Source: Patescibacteria group bacterium (GTDB lineage Bacteria; Patescibacteriota; Microgenomatia; Curtissbacterales; GWA2-41-24). From it: a DNA stretch of 64,000 bases. The notes beneath the pieces are model-generated. The model made no database searches. It was not told where the DNA came from and saw only the letters and a program-made list of their open reading frames with translations. Location: contig JBBTUN010000002.1 in assembly GCA_038063735.1 (NCBI GenBank), forward strand, positions 13,321 through 77,320. The letters are read 5' to 3'. The position numbers and the translations under genes were made by a program. Each line of letters starts with the position of its first letter. The first letter of the stretch is position 1. Below, piece by piece: positions 57,957 through 64,000 of this stretch.

Positions 57957-58825
57957 CCAAAAAAGCGTTTGCCAAGTTAGACTTAGGCATTCATATAAAC
58001 CCGAAAAAATCCAAAGAAGGATTTTTCCCTGTTTCCTATATAGATTGCCAATTGGATATTTGTGACGAACTTCTATTTGAGAGGGCAAAGGGCGGGATTG
58101 AAATTATTTGTGACGAGCCGGAGGTTCCGATAAATGAGGATAATTTTATTTACCAGGCAGGGATTTTATTAAAAGAAGCGAGTGGTAAGGGGGAATTGGG
58201 GGCAAAAATTACTCTGAAAAAGAGGATTCCGATAAAGGCCGGTTTTGGCGGAGGCAGCAGTGATGGGGCGGCGGCACTTTTTGGGCTTTCGCAGCTTTGG
58301 GATATTCGTCTTTCGCCAAATCAGATGCGCGAATTTTCCAAAAAATTAGGTAAAGATTTCTACTACAGTTTATATGGCGGTCTTTCGGAAGTTCAAAGTG
58401 TCGGCAGGAATTATAAAACAAGCAGGATTTCCGGTCGACTTGACGGATTTTGGACGGTTGTCGTAGTACCTGTTTTGGAAAAGCCTTCTACGGGTTGGAT
58501 TTATGAACACTTGGATAGAAAAAAAATTGGCAAGAGTCTTAGTCGATTCAAAAAATTAAAGCAGGCGCTTTTAAAAAAGGACAAAGAAAAGATTATGGCG
58601 AGTTTATTCAACGATTTTGAGAGTTCGGTTTCTGTTTATTACCCCATAATTTCCCAAATAAAGCGGGATTTGGCAGAAGCTGGCGCATCTGGTAAACTCA
58701 TGGCTGGCGCGGGTCTTTCGGTTGTAGGTTTTTTCGACAGCCAGAAAAGTGCAGAATCTGTAGCCTTTGGATTAGGCAAGAATCAAAAATATAAACAGAT
58801 TCTGATTTCAAAGACAATTTTTTAA
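57944..58825 (+). CDS. ispE: CDP-ME kinase
   Basis: A.AK, KRIP..AG.GGGSSD, NDFE. Confidence 0.9.
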   Translation: MSKITKKAFAKLDLGIHINPKKSKEGFFPVSYIDCQLDICDELLFERAKGGIEIICDEPEVPINEDNFIYQAGILLKEASGKGELGAKITLKKRIPIKAGFGGGSSDGAAALFGLSQLWDIRLSPNQMREFSKKLGKDFYYSLYGGLSEVQSVGRNYKTSRISGRLDGFWTVVVVPVLEKPSTGWIYEHLDRKKIGKSLSRFKKLKQALLKKDKEKIMASLFNDFESSVSVYYPIISQIKRDLAEAGASGKLMAGAGLSVVGFFDSQKSAESVAFGLGKNQKYKQILISKTIF

Positions 58826-58830
58826 AGTTT

Positions 58831-59931
58831 ATGTTTACTCGTGATAAAACCAGACCGGTTAAAATAGGCAAGCTGACAATTGGCGGCGGCAATCCTGTGC
58901 GGGTGCAGTCTATGACCCAGACCAGAACTCACGATGTTGCCGCAACGGTTGCTCAGATTAACGAACTAGCCAAGGCAGGCTGCGAAATAATAAGGGTGAC
59001 TGCGCCGGATATGGACAGTGCCAAAGCACTAGGCCCTATAAAGCGTCAAATTAAAATTCCGCTTATTGTTGATATTCACTTTCAGTATCAGTTGGCGCTT
59101 GAGGCGATCAGGCAGGGTGTCGACAAGGTGCGCATTAATCCGGGCAATATTGGCGGGGAAGACCGGGTAAAAGAGGTTGTTTTGGCCTGTAAAAAGAAAA
59201 ATATTCCAATTAGGATTGGGGTTAATATGGGGTCTTTGGAAAAGGATCTTTTTGCAAAGTACGGAAAATATGGTGTGCCGCGGGTAATGGTGGAATCGGC
59301 AACGCGGCATGTAAAAATTCTGGAAGGGCTAAAATTCTATGATATTGTTGTTTCACTAAAAGGTGATAACCCCGTGTTTGCCAAAGAAGCGTATATGCTT
59401 TTTGCTAAACGTTTTAATTACCCACTGCATGTTGGTATAACTGAGGCTGGAACTCTTTGGGCCGGGACTATTAAATCAGCCGTGGGGATAGGCGCGATTC
59501 TTTCTGAAGGAATCGGAGATACGATTCGTGTTTCTATTGCAGACGACCCTAAAGATCAGGTTAAGATCGGTTGGGAAATTCTAAAATCACTGGAACTTAG
59601 GCAAAAAGGGGTTAATATTATTGCCTGTCCGACTTGCGGGCGAACGGAAATTAATCTGATTGAACTTGCCAAGGAAGTAGAATCGATCGTTTCGGTACTT
59701 GATGCGCCTCTTAAGATTGCGGTGATGGGTTGTGTGGTAAACGGGCCGGGGGAGGCCAGTTTTGCGGATATCGGTGTTTGCGGCGGCAAAAACCAGGGCG
59801 CAATATTTAAGCGCGGAAAGCTGGTTGCTACTTATAAGGAAGCGGAACTTTTGCCGGCTTTTATAGGAGAAATTAAAAAGCTCTTGGTGGAAAAAGGCTA
59901 CAAGTCAGAGGTTAAAAAGCTGCACATATGA
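58831..59931 (+). CDS. ispG: HMBPP synthase
   Basis: VQSMT, RINPGN, H.GITEAG, CPTCGR, MGC.VNGPGE. Confidence 0.97.
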   Translation: MFTRDKTRPVKIGKLTIGGGNPVRVQSMTQTRTHDVAATVAQINELAKAGCEIIRVTAPDMDSAKALGPIKRQIKIPLIVDIHFQYQLALEAIRQGVDKVRINPGNIGGEDRVKEVVLACKKKNIPIRIGVNMGSLEKDLFAKYGKYGVPRVMVESATRHVKILEGLKFYDIVVSLKGDNPVFAKEAYMLFAKRFNYPLHVGITEAGTLWAGTIKSAVGIGAILSEGIGDTIRVSIADDPKDQVKIGWEILKSLELRQKGVNIIACPTCGRTEINLIELAKEVESIVSVLDAPLKIAVMGCVVNGPGEASFADIGVCGGKNQGAIFKRGKLVATYKEAELLPAFIGEIKKLLVEKGYKSEVKKLHI

Positions 59932-60932
59932 TTTCGAAAATAATTCTTGTTAGGCCACGCGGGTTTTGCGCGGGCGTTGATCGAGCGATTGATGTTGTGG
60001 AGACTGCGCTGGAGATTTTCGGGGCGCCAGTTTACGTTAAACATGCAATTGTTCATAATACTCACGTTGTTGGTGACCTTACCGAAAAAGGTGCTAAATT
60101 TATTGAAGAACTTGCTGAAATACCCAAGGGGAAAAAAGTCATTCTGGTTTTTTCTGCGCACGGAACGCCACCTTCTGTAAAGGAAGAGGCTAAAGCTCGC
60201 GGTCATAGGGTTATTGATGCGACTTGTCCACTGGTAACAAAAGTTCATTTGGAGGCAAAACGCTATGCCAATGAGGGTTACTTCATTATTTATGTCGGGC
60301 ATCGCGGCCATCCGGAACCGATTGGGGTAATGGGGGAGATTAACCCCGCGTTGATAGTTCTTATTGAAAATGCAAACGAAGTGGAGACCCTCAAGGTTCC
60401 TCAGGAGGAAAAATTAGTGTACTTGAATCAAACAACGCTTTCCATACCCGATGTTTCCCAAACAATTGAAGCTTTGAAAAAACGTTTTGTGAACATTGTC
60501 GCTCCTCCTTCTTCGGATATTTGTTATGCGACCACAAACAGGCAAAAATCGGCAAGGGAACTTGCAAAAAAAAGTGATGCGGTTTTGGTGATCGGTTCGG
60601 TCACAAGTTCTAATTCTCAAAGGCTTAGAGACGTAAGTGAAGAAGAAGGTGCGAAAGCTTACTTAATTGATGATGAGACTGTAATTGATCCAAAGTGGTT
60701 TGAGGGAGTGAAAACTTTGGGAATAACCAGCGGCGCGTCTGCCCCCGAGTATTTAATCGAGAGACTTGTTAACTATCTTAAGGAGAGATTCCCAGGAGTT
60801 GAAATTACAAATCTTGACGTTATGCGTGAGGAGATTAAGTTTCCTCTGCCGGATGATCTGGTTTCTATGGCCAAGCAAACAGAAAAAGGTAATGTTTGGG
60901 TCGAGAAACACAGGGTGGCTACACAAAAATAA
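59928..60932 (+). CDS. ispH: HMBPP reductase
   Basis: PRGFCAGV.RA, SAHG, DATCPLV.KVH, ICYAT.NRQ, SSNS. Confidence 0.97.
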   Translation: MISKIILVRPRGFCAGVDRAIDVVETALEIFGAPVYVKHAIVHNTHVVGDLTEKGAKFIEELAEIPKGKKVILVFSAHGTPPSVKEEAKARGHRVIDATCPLVTKVHLEAKRYANEGYFIIYVGHRGHPEPIGVMGEINPALIVLIENANEVETLKVPQEEKLVYLNQTTLSIPDVSQTIEALKKRFVNIVAPPSSDICYATTNRQKSARELAKKSDAVLVIGSVTSSNSQRLRDVSEEEGAKAYLIDDETVIDPKWFEGVKTLGITSGASAPEYLIERLVNYLKERFPGVEITNLDVMREEIKFPLPDDLVSMAKQTEKGNVWVEKHRVATQK

Positions 60933-60933
60933 A

Positions 60934-61998
60934 ATGAGTTTAGCTTTGCTGGGAAATGAAGGTTTTTCGGACCTTTTGGATGAATTTTTAACGGTATTTG
61001 AGCCATATGCCCGATTGTATTTTAAAAAGAGGAAGACAGAACTTAATAAATATCCGGAGTTAATTGGCAGATTCTACGAGGACCTTTGGGACATATCTGC
61101 AGGGGGTAAGAGGTTGAGAGGCTTTTTGGTTTATTTGGGTTATCTGGTGGGCGGCAGAAGTGACCTCGAGAAAATTTTACCGATATCGCTGGCTATTGAA
61201 ACAATTCATACGTTTCTTTTGATTCATGATGACGTGATTGATAAGTCCGATACAAGGCATGGTAAGCTTACTATCCACAGGCGGCTGGAAAAGCTATTTG
61301 GGGCCCACTACGGGATGAGTCAGGCCATTATAGTTGGGGACATTGCCTGTTTTGAGGCGTTTGCGCTTGTTAATTCTTCGCGGCTTAGTGCGCAGGCGAA
61401 AGTTGAATGTCAGAAGAAAATCTATGAAGTTCTTTTGGAAACTGCATACGGTGAAGCGCTTGATGTTGAAAACAGTTACAAGAAGGCAAGTGTTGATGAC
61501 ATCAAACAAGTGACTGATTTAAAGACAGCGAGGTACTCTTTTGTCGGGCCACTCGCTATTGGGGCAATACTCGCAGGCAAGGCTAGTAGCAATCAACTAG
61601 ATGCAATAAGTAAATTTGGACGACTCGTTGGTGTTGCGTTTCAATTACAAGATGATTTATTGGGTTTATTTGGAGATGAAAAGGTGCTTGGTAAATCTGT
61701 TCTCTCGGATATGCGGGAGGGTAAGAATACCCTGGTTATTTACAAGGCGCGAGAATTGGCAACAAACAGTGATAGACAAATGCTTAGCACCTTGTGGGGA
61801 AAACAGACTGCGAGTAAAGCGGATCTAATAACAGTGCAGGAAATAGTTAAAAGATCCGGTGCATACGTATGGTGCACTGGCGAAATGGACAGGTTAAATA
61901 AAAAAGCGAATATGTGTAGAAGTTTGATTTCTAAGGATAAAAATATTCAGACAATTTTTGCGCAAATGGCACAGTTTATTGTTTCAAGGAGGAGCTAG
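60934..61998 (+). CDS. Polyprenyl diphosphate synthase (IdsA-like)
   Basis: GGKRLR, LIHDDVID, KTA.Y, FQLQDD. Confidence 0.92.
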   Translation: MSLALLGNEGFSDLLDEFLTVFEPYARLYFKKRKTELNKYPELIGRFYEDLWDISAGGKRLRGFLVYLGYLVGGRSDLEKILPISLAIETIHTFLLIHDDVIDKSDTRHGKLTIHRRLEKLFGAHYGMSQAIIVGDIACFEAFALVNSSRLSAQAKVECQKKIYEVLLETAYGEALDVENSYKKASVDDIKQVTDLKTARYSFVGPLAIGAILAGKASSNQLDAISKFGRLVGVAFQLQDDLLGLFGDEKVLGKSVLSDMREGKNTLVIYKARELATNSDRQMLSTLWGKQTASKADLITVQEIVKRSGAYVWCTGEMDRLNKKANMCRSLISKDKNIQTIFAQMAQFIVSRRS

Positions 61999-62057
61999 AG
62001 GTAGAATTAAGTTGAAAGGCTAGCGCCTTTTTGATATCCTTTCCAATAGGTTTAAGT

Positions 62058-62756
62058 ATGCATAAAACTAGTAAGAATTTTCCAAAACACGTGATAATTA
62101 TTCCGGATGGTAATCGCAGGTGGGCCAAAAAACGGGGTCTGGCGCCTATTGAAGGCCACAAAAAGGGTTTGGAAACAGCACTTGAAGTTGTGCGTGGTTC
62201 AAGAAACCTGGGTGTGAGGATGCTAACTCTTTGGGGGTTTTCTACAGAAAATTGGAAGAGGCCTAATATTGAAGTTAAATACCTAATGCGCATATATGTG
62301 CTGTTTTTTAAAAAGCATCTTCGCGAATTGATGAAAGAAGGGGTAAGGTTCAGGTGGCTTGGAAGACGAGACAGGGTTCCAATTTCACTTCGTGAGGTAC
62401 TTGTAAAAATGGAAAAAGCGACTGCAAAAAATAAAAAATATATGCTTAATATTTGCATAGATTATGGCGGACACGAAGAAATTGTGAACGCATTCAAGAA
62501 AATAGTTTCTAAAAAAATCAGGCCATCCCAAATAACTCCGGAGCTAATTTCCCAAAATCTGCAGACCCGCGGAATGCCGGATCCGGACCTTTTAATTAGA
62601 ACATCCGGCGAAATGAGAACGAGTGGAATAATGCCGTGGCAAACGGCCTACACAGAACTTTTCTTCTCCAAGCTTCTGTTCCCGGATTTTTCTGTGCTTG
62701 AGCTCAAAAAGGCGATTAATGGTTATCAAATGAGACAAAGACGCTTTGGGCAGTAG
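62058..62756 (+). CDS. uppS: Undecaprenyl diphosphate synthase
   Basis: DGNRRWA, FSTENW.R, PD..IRTSGE.R.S, RRFG. Confidence 0.96.
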   Translation: MHKTSKNFPKHVIIIPDGNRRWAKKRGLAPIEGHKKGLETALEVVRGSRNLGVRMLTLWGFSTENWKRPNIEVKYLMRIYVLFFKKHLRELMKEGVRFRWLGRRDRVPISLREVLVKMEKATAKNKKYMLNICIDYGGHEEIVNAFKKIVSKKIRPSQITPELISQNLQTRGMPDPDLLIRTSGEMRTSGIMPWQTAYTELFFSKLLFPDFSVLELKKAINGYQMRQRRFGQ

Positions 62757-62762
62757 GTAGAA

Positions 62763-62801
62763 GTATCAGAAGTTACAAAGGTATCAAGGGTATCAAATGT
62801 C
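62763..62801 (+). repeat. 9-mer array (GTATCAAAG-type)
   Basis: gtatcagaa gttacaaag gtatcaagg gtatcaaat; same unit in frame at 40599-40630. Confidence 0.75.
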
Positions 62802-62822
62802 GAAAAACGAGTTAACCCAAGT

Positions 62823-63863
62823 ATGGTAAACGCTGTGAATTCCCCACATAAATTTGATAAATCCAATTTAAGACAGGTAATAATAGACGCGCCGAAACAA
62901 TTTGCGGTAGGTTTTGATATCGCAGGTGATGTAAAAGTTGAAGGTGAATTTGAAAGGGTTGTCTTTTTTGGTGAGGGTGGGTCTGCTTTTCCGGCATCTT
63001 TTGTGCGAATTTTGATTGCCGATAAAAGGTACCTTTCGGGACAATTGCCAATAAAATTCATGCAAAATTATACATACAACCTTACTCCGGATAGTTTTGG
63101 CAACACACTTAACGTCTTTTGTTCATATTCCGGAAACACAGAAGAGACAATCTCTACACTGAGACAAGCAATTGAGAAAAAACTTCCGGCGGTTGCGATT
63201 TCATCCGGCGGACAGGTTGAGCAAATATGCAGGCAAAGTGATATTCCATTTGTAAAATTGCCGATGCCAAGCGAGAGTTTTCAGCCAAGAATGGGAACTG
63301 GTTACTTTGTAGCGGCAATGCTTGCGGTTTTGGAAAATGCCAGATTGACGAGCGATTTTTCGGATGAAATTTTAGAAAGTGCAACAGGATTCGGAGAAAA
63401 AATGGAGGGTTTTGAGAAAAAAGGTTTGGAGTCGGCTTTGAAAATTGCCGGAAAAACTCCGCTTGTTTGGGCAAACCAGATGTATCATGAATTGGCTCGT
63501 GTTTGGACGATCAAGTTTAACGAACACGCTAAAAACCCAGCTTTTTGGAACTACTTTTCCGAACTTAACCATAATCTGATGGTTGGGATGTCCCATTTGG
63601 GAGAGGGGTATTTTGTCATTATGCTTAAAGACCCAGCCGATGACCCCAGAAACCATAAAAGATACGAGGTGACAGCAGGGATTTTGAGAGAGGTTGGAGT
63701 GGAATCTGAAATTTTGGAACTTGAGGGCGAGACAGTTTTTGAAAAGCTTTTTAATTCAATTTACTTAGCGGATTTTGCCGCTTATTATCTTGCAGAAAAG
63801 AACCAAGTTGATCCTACCCCGGTTGTGATGGTTGAGGAGCTTAAAAAAAGGCTCAAAGGCTAA
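62823..63863 (+). CDS. Bifunctional phosphoglucose/phosphomannose isomerase (SIS)
   Basis: GGSA, SYSGNTEET, QPR, NE.AK, E.NHN, VDPTPV. Confidence 0.9.
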   Translation: MVNAVNSPHKFDKSNLRQVIIDAPKQFAVGFDIAGDVKVEGEFERVVFFGEGGSAFPASFVRILIADKRYLSGQLPIKFMQNYTYNLTPDSFGNTLNVFCSYSGNTEETISTLRQAIEKKLPAVAISSGGQVEQICRQSDIPFVKLPMPSESFQPRMGTGYFVAAMLAVLENARLTSDFSDEILESATGFGEKMEGFEKKGLESALKIAGKTPLVWANQMYHELARVWTIKFNEHAKNPAFWNYFSELNHNLMVGMSHLGEGYFVIMLKDPADDPRNHKRYEVTAGILREVGVESEILELEGETVFEKLFNSIYLADFAAYYLAEKNQVDPTPVVMVEELKKRLKG

Positions 63864-63908
63864 TTTATCCTTTACATAAGTCTTCTTAAAATATAAAATT
63901 CCCAAGGT

Positions 63909-64000
63909 ATGTGTGGAATATTTGGATATGTAGGCAAGCGTACAGATGCCGAAAAGATTGTTTTTGAGGGCATAAAAAGTCTTGAGTATAGAGGATACGA
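63909..64000 (+). CDS. glmS: Glutamine-fructose-6-phosphate transaminase (3'-truncated by window)
   Basis: MCGIFGY...LEYRGY. Confidence 0.9.
   Translation, partial: MCGIFGYVGKRTDAEKIVFEGIKSLEYRGY

Overview
A 64 kb bacterial chromosome segment using the standard code (TGA = stop). Gene content and style suggest a Patescibacteria/CPR organism, probably Microgenomates-like; this is inference. Housekeeping blocks: an Rrf2-suf Fe-S operon with ferredoxins and a VIT1 protein, sugar-phosphate genes, a HerA/VirD4-like ATPase, brnTA, the F-type ATP synthase operon, trpS, ftsH, DNA repair genes, a clustered MEP isoprenoid pathway (dxr-ispDFEGH-idsA-uppS, no dxs), pgi/pmi, the start of glmS and three tRNAs, including tRNA-Ile(UAU). 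The most striking signal is a dense set of miniature structured insertions, mostly in frame inside conserved genes. (1) A covarying hairpin element spans exactly 116 nt in four genes (sufC, atpA, recF, ligase). (2) 24-nt, 30-nt and REP-like elements nest inside one another. (3) Inverted 7/8/9-mer arrays flank two four-helix-bundle (IVS/Avd-like) genes and also occur empty. Also notable: orphan genes stacked in the suf operon with the 5' end of sufD repeated three times, a leader-peptide attenuator (FWFYYF) upstream of the ybaK-trpS cluster, and a CsoSCA-like carbonic anhydrase beside the atp operon. All protein calls come from motif recognition, not database searches.
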